Below, piece by piece: positions 10,456 to 18,657 of a stretch of 32,000 nucleotides of DNA; the stretch's first letter is position 1; each line of letters opens with the position of its first letter. Below the pieces are notes generated by a model. That model worked only from the letters and a program-made list of their open reading frames with translations, was not told the origin of the DNA and searched no databases. This stretch comes from Sedimentisphaera cyanobacteriorum. GTDB taxonomy: Bacteria > Planctomycetota > Phycisphaerae > Sedimentisphaerales > Sedimentisphaeraceae. Both the position numbers and the translations under genes were made by a program. The stretch lies in contig NZ_CP019633.1 of the NCBI RefSeq assembly GCF_001997385.1, positions 690,001 to 722,000 on the forward strand, written 5' to 3'.

Positions 10456-12219
10456 ATGAAGAACGGCAGTGTAAAACTAACCCCGCATCAATGGATACAT
10501 ATCCTTGTGTGTCTGTTGGTGGTTGCAAGTTTTATCTTGCTTTTCGGCTTTTATGAGCCGTTGGTGAGCCCGGCAGCACTGCACGTCATTCAAATAATCG
10601 CATTTATATATTTTTTCTGCAATCACGCTGCGGGGTTTATACGTTCAAAAAACAAGCTCTCATACGCTCGAAGAAACTGGTTTCAGATTCCGCTGCTTTT
10701 AGCTCTGGTGCTTTTTTTTATTCTCGCGTCTCAGAGATTTTTCAGCGACCATCCCTTGGACGGTATTCTTCTTGTCTTGAGCATTTATCTTATAGTTCAG
10801 GTTGTTGATTCTGTATGCAGGTTTATCGTTAAACTGGCAGCTACAGGCAGAAACCCGATGCGAACATTTGTCCTGAGCTTCATAGCCTTCATAATTATCG
10901 GAGCATTGTTTCTCAAACTTCCAACCTTCCATAAGTGCGAGCAGCTTAGCTTTCTGGACGCCTGCTTCACAACAACAAGCGCAGTTTGCGTTACCGGGCT
11001 GATCGTTAAAGATACAGGCAGTGATTTTACAGTGCTCGGGCAGTTTGTAATATTAACGCTGATGCAGCTTGGCGGGTTGGGAATTATCATTTTCGGGGCA
11101 GTATTTGCACTGCTCTTCGGCAAGGCGTTTTCGGTGCAGGAATCGGTTGCTCTGCAGGATCTTCTCAGTACTGAAACAGTAGGCCGGATAAAAAGAATGA
11201 TTGGATTTATCTTCGCATTCACTATAACAATTGAAGCCTTCGGCGCAGCAGGGCTGTGGGGCATGTGGGAGCTTGAAAGTGCGCAGTTCGAGGCCAGCAG
11301 AAGGCTTTTCTTCAGTATATTTCATTCAGTCAGCGCATTCTGCAATGCAGGTTTCTCGCTGTTTCCAGACAGCTTTACTGCTTTCAAGGCCTCGCCTCAG
11401 ATTTATGCAGTAGTTTGTCCGCTGATTATTCTCGGAGGACTCGGATTTACCGTGCTCTACAATATAAGCGAAATTACAGCCTGCAAAATCCGCAATTTCT
11501 TCCGGTCTTTGTTTATCCCTCCCACTGTTTTCAATAAATTGCCTTCCGGATACACCAGCCTGCAGACAAAAATCGCAGTTTGGGCAACAATTGTACTGCT
11601 TGCTGCTGGTACAGCAGGCTATATGATTTTTGCTTGCATCTTTGAATCCTGCGAAATTTCCAGCGTCAAGGATGCCTTTTTTATGAGCGTTACCACAAGA
11701 ACTGCAGGCTTTAATACAGTAGAAACAGCTCAGATGAGTGATGCGGGCAAGTTTTTTTCGATTATGCTTATGCTCATAGGCGGGTCTCCGGGCTCTGCCG
11801 CAGGCGGAATGAAAACGGTTACTCTCGTGGTTATTATACTCGCTGTTGTGGCTGCTGTTACAAAGAAGAAAGAGGTGGAAGCATTCAAACGAAGCGTTAG
11901 AATGGCGATAATCGGAAGAGCTGTAACTGTTGTGTTTTTTTATATTACTGCATATCTCATTGTCGTATTCGGGCTTATGATGACCGAGCGAAGCAGCTCA
12001 TTTGAGTCTCTTGATTTAATGTTTGAAGCAGCAAGCGCACTTGCAACCGTAGGCCTGTCTGCCGGTCTTACTCCGGAACTTTCGGTATCAGGCAAGACTC
12101 TGCTGATTTTTACGATGCTTATCGGCAGGCTCGGACCTCTTACCATACTTTCCTCTCTGCTTCTTAGGTTCAAAACTGCTAAATACAACTATCCTGAAGA
12201 ACCGCTGATTATAGGCTGA
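10456..12219 (+). CDS. trkH: TrkH/KtrB-family K+ (cation) transporter subunit with an extra ~130-aa N-terminal membrane region
   Basis: Four pore-loop-type segments: TTTSAVCVTGL, SAFCNAGFS, TTRTAGFNT, LATVGLSAG. MQLGGLGIIIFG is also present. The KtrB-like core begins near aa 133 (RNPMRTFVLSF). Confidence 0.85.
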   Translation: MKNGSVKLTPHQWIHILVCLLVVASFILLFGFYEPLVSPAALHVIQIIAFIYFFCNHAAGFIRSKNKLSYARRNWFQIPLLLALVLFFILASQRFFSDHPLDGILLVLSIYLIVQVVDSVCRFIVKLAATGRNPMRTFVLSFIAFIIIGALFLKLPTFHKCEQLSFLDACFTTTSAVCVTGLIVKDTGSDFTVLGQFVILTLMQLGGLGIIIFGAVFALLFGKAFSVQESVALQDLLSTETVGRIKRMIGFIFAFTITIEAFGAAGLWGMWELESAQFEASRRLFFSIFHSVSAFCNAGFSLFPDSFTAFKASPQIYAVVCPLIILGGLGFTVLYNISEITACKIRNFFRSLFIPPTVFNKLPSGYTSLQTKIAVWATIVLLAAGTAGYMIFACIFESCEISSVKDAFFMSVTTRTAGFNTVETAQMSDAGKFFSIMLMLIGGSPGSAAGGMKTVTLVVIILAVVAAVTKKKEVEAFKRSVRMAIIGRAVTVVFFYITAYLIVVFGLMMTERSSSFESLDLMFEAASALATVGLSAGLTPELSVSGKTLLIFTMLIGRLGPLTILSSLLLRFKTAKYNYPEEPLIIG

Positions 12220-12419
12220 TCAATTCAGGGTTTCGAAAAGACTATGTCTCTGCTCACATAATTTGCTTAAAATTATTGAAAAAAACGAAATTTTTAATTT
12301 TTTTTGTAAAAAGAATCCCTCCTGCTTATTAATTAAAAAGAAGAATATTTTTGTGATAGTTGCAGCATTAGTTTCCTGCAGACATTTAATAAGTTAAATT
12401 AATTTCGGAGGCATTAATT

Positions 12420-14570
12420 ATGAAAAAATTGCTTTTAATCCTTTTTTGTTGTTTAGTTGCGGCGTCCGCATGGGCAGGGGAGATAGTTCCCCAGTTTGAC
12501 GACGGCGATGCCCTTGTGGATTACACCGCCGCCAGAGATGGAGTTGCTAATCCCGCAGACATTATTTCTCTAAATCCGGGCAGCTCGATTACCTTTGCTG
12601 CTAAGTTTACGCCTTCAGTGGCCGATGTTACTGAAGACAGCGGACCGGTGGCTGTAATCGAAACCGGCGGAACAACTTACGGCAGCGGCATCTGGCTTTG
12701 CAACGGCGAATTGCATTACGCTTTCAGGGCAAATGTAAGCGGGAATAATGACCGCACATTTGATGATTTTGCGTTTGCTGACGGTGCCGGAGCGGTAAAA
12801 ATGGGAAATGTTGAGGCCGAACAGGAAGTTAAGGCATGGGTTTCTCTCGACTTAAATTCCGGAACAGTTCTCTGTTCAGTAAACGGCGTCAAAAGAATCT
12901 ACTATTTGGACACCTATCCAGCTTCAACCAATCTCACAGGCAACCAGAGCGTAAGTTTTCTGACGAATGGAAGTATTATTGGCGGCCATATGGGCGGACT
13001 AAACCTTTCTTCAGAACCTTTGTTGAACGATGGAAACGTATGGGGGATGAATCCAGTTCCCGGGACAGAGTTAAGAGGTCAGATTTTCAGCATTGTTGCA
13101 GATCCGGATCTTATGGCTAACGACCCTGTCCCTGCATCAGGCTCTGTTAATATCGACCCTGATGTTATTTCAGAAGTAAGCTTTGATACTGCCGAAGATC
13201 CTGAAAACTCAGGCTCTCAGAACCCCGATGTTACAGGCCACTTCGTAACATTCTATCAGGGAGCAAACGGAGATCCTAATCTGGATATGGCCCCGCTTTA
13301 TGAAACTTTCGTATCAGCAGCAGCTGATCCGATTACGGTGCCTATAAACACAGCAGGCACTTTCCAGATTCAGCTCGGACAGGAAGTTTTCTGGTGCGTT
13401 GAAGAGCAGATAAGCGGAGCACCTGAAGGGGATCCGGCAAATATAACTGGCCCTCTATGGAATTTTGAAACTCTTCCCGCTACCCCGGCCGCAGTTTCTC
13501 AGCCTGAAGATGAGGCCGTGTTTGCAGGCGAGCAGGCGGTATTTGAATATACATTCACAAGCAAATCAGCAGCAAACGCCGCTTGGTATAAACAAGGTGA
13601 GCCTGATGTAGAGATGCTTGAATCCGATCCGGATGTTACTATTAGCCTTGCGCAAAACGGCGATGAATTCACCTCAACGCTCTATATCGATAATGTCGAA
13701 GTGGCAGACCAAGGCTACTACTACTGCATAGCTTCAAACGATGCAGGCGATACGCAGTCTTCTTCGGCTTCATTAGCTGTTAAGCGTATGGTTGCATACT
13801 GGCCTCTGGATGGCGATTATCAGGACTACTCCGGAGAAGGAAATCACCTTACCCCATACGCAGAACCGATAGCAGAACAGTGGGTTGACGGCGTTGACCC
13901 GGCAAAGACTGGTCAGGCACTTAGCACTATCGAACATCGTGATACAGTTGCCCAGACAGAGCCGTTTGCCGCTGCTGAATACACTGATGAAGTTACGATG
14001 TCTATGTGGCTCTATTGGCCGGGAGCGGACAGCCACCCAGCAAATAACCATCTGCGAACTATATTCGGCTCACGTGATTCAAATCAGAATAACTGGTTCT
14101 GGGAATTTGACCAGAGAACTGGAAGGATTTCTGTAAATGCCCCTGGTTATAACCCGTACGATTATTACAACCTTCCAAAAAGCGAGTGGGTTTACCTCGC
14201 TGTAACCGTATCCGCTGAGGAAGTGGCAACGTTCTATGTCAACGGCTCTGAAATCGACCAGACAAACCCGGGCAGATACAGCATTAACACCGCAAATGTG
14301 CCGGTTTTGCTCGGAACAAACCAGCTTGACAATCTCGATTTCTGCACTGAGGCGATATATGATGATGTAAGATTGTACAACTATGCTATGCCTCCAGAGG
14401 ATATTGCCGGCTTATACTATGATGTATCAGGCGAGCAGATATGCGTTGGGCCGAATGCCGAGAATCTCGCTTATGATGTAAACGGTGATTGCGAAGTAGG
14501 CATTGAAGACATTGCTCAGCTTTCTGTTGACTGGCTGAACAGTATGCTTTATCCCTCAGCAGGCGAGTAA
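12420..14570 (+). CDS. Secreted multidomain protein: N-terminal LamG-like domain, PVC-type beta module, Ig I-set-like domain, LamG domain, C-terminal dockerin-like repeat (paralogue 1)
   Basis: GGAGG (12407-12411) precedes ATG 12420. Signal peptide MKKLLLILFCCLVAASAWA. Ig motif ADQGYYYCIASNDAGD. LamG entry YWPLDGDYQDYSGEGNH. C-terminal YDVNGDCEVGIEDIAQLSVDW. Confidence 0.8.
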   Translation: MKKLLLILFCCLVAASAWAGEIVPQFDDGDALVDYTAARDGVANPADIISLNPGSSITFAAKFTPSVADVTEDSGPVAVIETGGTTYGSGIWLCNGELHYAFRANVSGNNDRTFDDFAFADGAGAVKMGNVEAEQEVKAWVSLDLNSGTVLCSVNGVKRIYYLDTYPASTNLTGNQSVSFLTNGSIIGGHMGGLNLSSEPLLNDGNVWGMNPVPGTELRGQIFSIVADPDLMANDPVPASGSVNIDPDVISEVSFDTAEDPENSGSQNPDVTGHFVTFYQGANGDPNLDMAPLYETFVSAAADPITVPINTAGTFQIQLGQEVFWCVEEQISGAPEGDPANITGPLWNFETLPATPAAVSQPEDEAVFAGEQAVFEYTFTSKSAANAAWYKQGEPDVEMLESDPDVTISLAQNGDEFTSTLYIDNVEVADQGYYYCIASNDAGDTQSSSASLAVKRMVAYWPLDGDYQDYSGEGNHLTPYAEPIAEQWVDGVDPAKTGQALSTIEHRDTVAQTEPFAAAEYTDEVTMSMWLYWPGADSHPANNHLRTIFGSRDSNQNNWFWEFDQRTGRISVNAPGYNPYDYYNLPKSEWVYLAVTVSAEEVATFYVNGSEIDQTNPGRYSINTANVPVLLGTNQLDNLDFCTEAIYDDVRLYNYAMPPEDIAGLYYDVSGEQICVGPNAENLAYDVNGDCEVGIEDIAQLSVDWLNSMLYPSAGE

Positions 14571-14611
14571 TCGGTTTGTAAGTGATAATTAAATTTTATG
14601 GAGAAAATAAA

Positions 14612-16789
14612 ATGACGAAAATATATAAAATCCTTGTATTAATGTTTATTGCAGCAGCCTGTTCGGTGTCTATGGCGGGCGAAATAGTTCCCGGTTTTAA
14701 TGACGCAGACGCTTTAGTTGATTTTTCTGAAAAAACTGCTCAAAGCCAAACCTGCCCCCCAATTGACAGTTCAGGCTTCATTACTCTTGCTGCAAAATTT
14801 ACGCCCACAGAGGCAGACACAACTAAAACAGACGGGCCGGTAATAGTTATTGAGGTAGGCGGAACTACCTTCGGTACAGGTCTGTATATCTGCGATGGCA
14901 TGCTGACATTCTGCTCAAAAGGAGCCGGCGGCTCCGGCGGAGAGCAGGCCAATGTTGCCAGCCTCGATGATACCGATGCCTCCGGCGATGAAGGCGTTGC
15001 AGTGGCTATGGGTGAGGTTTATCCGGGTGTTGAAACCGAAGCCTTTGCTTCTTTCAATGCAAATACAGGCGAGCTTGCAGTTATGATCAACGGCAGGCTT
15101 TATGAAGAAACAATCACCGGTACATTGGGCTCAACAAATCTCACAGGCGACCGCAGAGTGAGTGTTCTAGGCCAGTTTCCCGCTGAGGGAGAGAGCTATA
15201 ATTACCCATCAATGGGTGGTCTGAGCCGTGATTGGTATCCTTCAATTGCTCTGGTAACCTCAGACGGCTGCGCTGTAGCTATGGAAACTGAAACAGGCTC
15301 TGATGTTAGAGGACAGATTTTTGAAGACGTAATAGATTTGGAGACCTTCCCGAGAAACCCAGTTCCTGCAAATAATGCGATTAATGTTGACCCTGCTGCT
15401 GTAACTTCAGTGCAGTTTGATACTGCAGGCGACCCTGCGAATACAGCTAATCCCAACTCGGACGTTACAGGGCACTTTGTAACAATTTATTCCACGTTCG
15501 ACCCTGCAGACCCGAACAACAATGTAGCAGAAGTTGATACATTTGTTTCAGCAGGCACCGATCCTATTACTGTACCTTACACTTTCAATCTCGGCGACAC
15601 TGTTTACTGGCAGGTTGAAGAGCAGATAAATGGTGCATCTAAAGGCGATGCGGACAATATCGCAGGGCCTGTATGGGAGTTCGAAGCTCTGCCTGCGGTT
15701 CCCGCAATTACAGATTCACCCGAAGATACGGCAGATTTTGCAGGCGCAGAAGTTACTTTGAACACTGCTTTTACGAGCAAGTCCCCAGCTTCTGTGAATT
15801 GGGTGAAGGCAGGTGAACCTGAGATCATTCTTGACGACAGCGATCCTGACATAACAATCGGAGTATCTCAGCACGGCGACAGCTACACTTCAAGCCTTTC
15901 TTTTGCCAATTTCGAAAAGGCAGATCAGGGCGAGTATTTCTGCAGGGCGAATAATGCGGCCGGAAGCGTTGATTCTGAGTCTGCCAAGCTCGGCGTTAAG
16001 CGTATGATTGGCTACTGGCCTCTCGATGGAGACTATACAGACGCTTCAGGCGAAGGTCATCACGCCGACCCGAATACTACGCCTCTGGCAAGCCAGTGGG
16101 TTGACGGGGTTGATCCTGCTGCAACAGGGCAGGCTCTCGATACCGAACCTAACGCACTCGTTGCCGCTGAAACAGATGCATTTGTGCCGGCAGAATATTC
16201 AGATGAGCTTTCAATTACCCTCTGGATCAAATGGGCTGGTGTGGGCGCAGCGCCTGACAACTGGACAGGACTTGTCTGCTCTAAGAAGCTTGATGTTGAG
16301 AATAACTGGTGGTTCGGCCTAGGCCCAGAGGGGCAGATCGACATCAATCATCAAAATTACGGGCCGGTTACAGCTGGTCAGGAGTATTTCCTCCCAGAAG
16401 GCGAGTGGGCTCATATAGCATTTGTAAACAGTGAAGATATGCAGGGCAGGCTCTACGTAAACGGTACTCTTGCCGCTGTCGGCGGACCTTATAAGACCAG
16501 CAGAAACGAACTTCCTGTGCAGCTTATGAGCGATATGCGGGATGAGAACGGCACTCTCTGGCGTCCTACCTACGGCGTTTTTGATGAGATAAAGATGTAC
16601 AACTATGCCCTCTCAAGCGAAGAGGTGGCTGAGCAGTATTATCAGATAACTGGTGAAACTGTTTGTACAGAGCCTGATTCATCCGTACTCCAGTACGATT
16701 TCAACGGTGACTGCAAAGTTGACCTGGCAGATTTTGCACTGATGGCAGGCGACTGGAACGAATCCAACCTTTATCCTCAGCTCGACTAA
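14612..16789 (+). CDS. Secreted multidomain LamG / Ig I-set-like / LamG / dockerin-like protein (paralogue 2)
   Basis: ATG 14612 is preceded by GGAGA (14600-14604); the GTG at 14582 is less likely. Signal peptide MTKIYKILVLMFIAAACSVSMA. Collinear with the upstream gene (ADQGEYFCRANNAAGS, YWPLDGDYTDASGEGHH, YDFNGDCKVDLADFALMAGDW). Confidence 0.8.
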   Translation: MTKIYKILVLMFIAAACSVSMAGEIVPGFNDADALVDFSEKTAQSQTCPPIDSSGFITLAAKFTPTEADTTKTDGPVIVIEVGGTTFGTGLYICDGMLTFCSKGAGGSGGEQANVASLDDTDASGDEGVAVAMGEVYPGVETEAFASFNANTGELAVMINGRLYEETITGTLGSTNLTGDRRVSVLGQFPAEGESYNYPSMGGLSRDWYPSIALVTSDGCAVAMETETGSDVRGQIFEDVIDLETFPRNPVPANNAINVDPAAVTSVQFDTAGDPANTANPNSDVTGHFVTIYSTFDPADPNNNVAEVDTFVSAGTDPITVPYTFNLGDTVYWQVEEQINGASKGDADNIAGPVWEFEALPAVPAITDSPEDTADFAGAEVTLNTAFTSKSPASVNWVKAGEPEIILDDSDPDITIGVSQHGDSYTSSLSFANFEKADQGEYFCRANNAAGSVDSESAKLGVKRMIGYWPLDGDYTDASGEGHHADPNTTPLASQWVDGVDPAATGQALDTEPNALVAAETDAFVPAEYSDELSITLWIKWAGVGAAPDNWTGLVCSKKLDVENNWWFGLGPEGQIDINHQNYGPVTAGQEYFLPEGEWAHIAFVNSEDMQGRLYVNGTLAAVGGPYKTSRNELPVQLMSDMRDENGTLWRPTYGVFDEIKMYNYALSSEEVAEQYYQITGETVCTEPDSSVLQYDFNGDCKVDLADFALMAGDWNESNLYPQLD

Positions 16790-16817
16790 ACTCAGCTGAG
16801 CAAAGAAAATAATTTAG

Positions 16818-16847
16818 AGCTCCCTCATTCATTTGAGGGAGCTTTTT
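16818..16847 (+). terminator. Rho-independent terminator after the LamG pair
   Basis: Perfect 10-bp stem: AGCTCCCTCA (16818-16827) pairs with TGAGGGAGCT (16834-16843). 6-nt loop, then TTTT. Confidence 0.8.
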
Positions 16848-16937
16848 GCATTTAGCTGAAACTTTGAAAGTTGAAATAGTCGCCCCTGAAAAAGTTTTAA
16901 ATTTCCTTAAATTCTTTTCTGATAATGGTTTATATGA

Positions 16938-16965
16938 TTGAAAAGCTTTCGAGATATGGTATAAT
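16938..16965 (+). promoter_or_regulatory. Near-consensus sigma-70-type promoter inside the IS, upstream of the transposase
   Basis: TTGAAA (16938-16943), a 16-nt spacer ending in TGG (extended -10 TG at 16957-16958), and TATAAT (16960-16965). It lies 55 nt upstream of ATG 17020. Confidence 0.5.
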
Positions 16966-17019
16966 ATTGCAAGTGTTTATCTTCCATCTATCAAAACATT
17001 GCAATATTGGGACAAAATA

Positions 17020-18363
17020 ATGAAGGCAAAAAACAATAAAGCAGGCTTACTCTTTCAGCAGCCATTAAAACCTCTTGTAAATCCTGATCACTCTTTAGTC
17101 CAACTCTCAGAGGTTGTCAACTGGTCTCGCTTTGAAGAGAAGTTTGGCAGTTTATACAGTCCTGATTCAGGCAGGCCGGCCAAGCCGATTCGCCTGATGG
17201 TCGGCCTTCAGTATCTCAAGTACACTTTCAATCTCAGCGATGAAGCAATCGTTGCCGGCTGGGTTGAGAATCCTTACTGGCAGTATTTCTGCGGCGAAAG
17301 ATACTTCCAGCACGAGCCTCCTATTGATCCAACCAGTATGACTAAGTGGCGTAATAAGGTAAAATCTGATGGTCTTGAAGAGCTGCTCGAAGAAACTATC
17401 AAAGCCGGCTTGAAGCTTAAGGTTATCAAAAAGAACGATTTCAACAAGCTCGTTGCAGATACAACCGTTCAGCAGAAGAACATCACTTATCCGACCGACG
17501 CAAAACTCTGCCACAAACTGCGCATTAAGCTTGTAGATCTTGCAAAAGCATCAAAACTCCAACTTCACCAAAGCTACGAAAGGGTTGGGAAAAGGGCGTA
17601 TGTAATGCAGGGCAGGTATCGACGTGCAAAACAGTTCAAAAGAGCTAAAAAAGAAGTGAAGAAATTAAGGAACTACCTGCGGCGAATTACGAAAGAGGTC
17701 GAGCGGAATATAGCAGGCAATGAGCAGTTAAGAATAATTTTTGATACATTGCTTCAAGCCGCTAAGAAGCTTTTAGCCCAGACAAAGAAAAGCAAAAATA
17801 AGCTCTACAGTATTCACGAACCTCACGTCTGCTGCATTGGGAAAGGCAAAAGCCACAAGAAATATGAGTTTGGAAATAAGGTTGGAATTGTAACTACTGC
17901 CAAGAATAATTTTATCGTAGGAGCGTTGGGCTTTGAAGGAAACCCTTATGATGGCCATACTCTTCGGGCTAATCTGAAGCAGACAATGAATTTAATCGGG
18001 AGAGAAAAGCTTGGAGATGTTTATGTTGATGGAGGATACAAGAAACACGGCTGCGAGGATATTGGAAATGTTGAAATTGTAGAAAAGGGCTGGCGAAAAA
18101 AGAAACGAAGTATCAAGAGGTGGATTAAGAGAAGATCGCGCATAGAACCAACGATAGGCCACCTCAAAGAAGACAACAGGTTGGGAAGAAACTTCTTGAA
18201 AGGTGTAGAAGGGGACAAAATGAACGCCCTCGGCAGCGCTTTTGGGTACAATATGCGTAAACTTCTAAAGAAGTTTACTTTTGCCTATATTTTTATGCTT
18301 AAAATTATTGAATTTTACAGAAATTTGGCAATGAAAAGCAAATTAAAGACTCGATTAGCCTGA
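17020..18363 (+). CDS. IS5-family DDE transposase (InsH-like N-terminal domain plus DDE domain), 447 aa from ATG 17020
   Basis: N-terminal GRPAKPIRLMVGLQYLKYTFNLSDEAIVAGWVENPYWQYFCG (transposase InsH-N / DUF772-like). DDE region: VADTTVQQKNITYPTDAKL ... VYVDGGY ... RRSRIEPTIGHLKEDNRLGRNFLKG. The ORF track's TTG at 16999 is an upstream in-frame alternative. Confidence 0.9.
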   Translation: MKAKNNKAGLLFQQPLKPLVNPDHSLVQLSEVVNWSRFEEKFGSLYSPDSGRPAKPIRLMVGLQYLKYTFNLSDEAIVAGWVENPYWQYFCGERYFQHEPPIDPTSMTKWRNKVKSDGLEELLEETIKAGLKLKVIKKNDFNKLVADTTVQQKNITYPTDAKLCHKLRIKLVDLAKASKLQLHQSYERVGKRAYVMQGRYRRAKQFKRAKKEVKKLRNYLRRITKEVERNIAGNEQLRIIFDTLLQAAKKLLAQTKKSKNKLYSIHEPHVCCIGKGKSHKKYEFGNKVGIVTTAKNNFIVGALGFEGNPYDGHTLRANLKQTMNLIGREKLGDVYVDGGYKKHGCEDIGNVEIVEKGWRKKKRSIKRWIKRRSRIEPTIGHLKEDNRLGRNFLKGVEGDKMNALGSAFGYNMRKLLKKFTFAYIFMLKIIEFYRNLAMKSKLKTRLA

Positions 18364-18657
18364 TATATTTTTTTAGTTTCCCCAAAATCATTGATTTTTC
18401 AGGAACGACTATTTATTTTCTGAGGCGGCGTGGGCATTGCAGCGGCGCGTAAATGCGTCATTTGAATACAGCTGGAAGTATAGAGCAGTTTGATACAGAC
18501 ACGTATATGGATATGCTCAGCTCTCAAGGTTTTTTATGGAAGCTGATTGATGTTATATAAATACAATACAAGAGCTTTTTAGCAATTTGAATTTTTCTTC
18601 ATCTTTGCTAAACTTTAGCTTTTTGCGGCCAATTATTATTGTTATAAAGGCAGAACG

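Larger units (their letters stand above)
16877..18411 (+). mobile_element. IS5-family insertion sequence, copy L (1,535 bp as delimited by identity with copy R)
   Basis: Identity with the reverse complement of 27511-29045 starts at TAGTCG (16877) and stops at CGACTA (18411). Imperfect terminal inverted repeats: TAGTCGCCCCTGAAAAA versus TAGTCGTTCCTGAAAAA (15/17). Single DDE transposase ORF. Confidence 0.9.

Noticed and set aside
10797-11264. 155-aa - strand ORF inside trkH
   Set aside because: It is antisense to conserved TrkH pore-loop segments, and nothing supports it independently.
12298-12305. T8 homopolymer in the LamG1 upstream region as a slipped-strand phase-variation switch
   Set aside because: The tract is short and sits in a generally AT-rich spacer. 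I could not place it convincingly between -35 and -10 elements, so it remains pure speculation.
12420-16789. LamG paralogue pair as a diversity-generating-retroelement target or template/variable repeat pair
   Set aside because: The window contains no reverse transcriptase. There is no near-identical template/variable repeat pair with adenine-specific differences. Divergence is spread over the whole length, as in ordinary old paralogues.
18453-18560. 35-codon ORF (MRHLNTAGSIEQFDTDTYMDMLSSQGFLWKLIDVI) in the spacer after IS copy L
   Set aside because: It has no Shine-Dalgarno sequence, an in-frame stop lies immediately upstream, and I recognise no motif. I kept it only as a possible gene remnant within the copy L finding.
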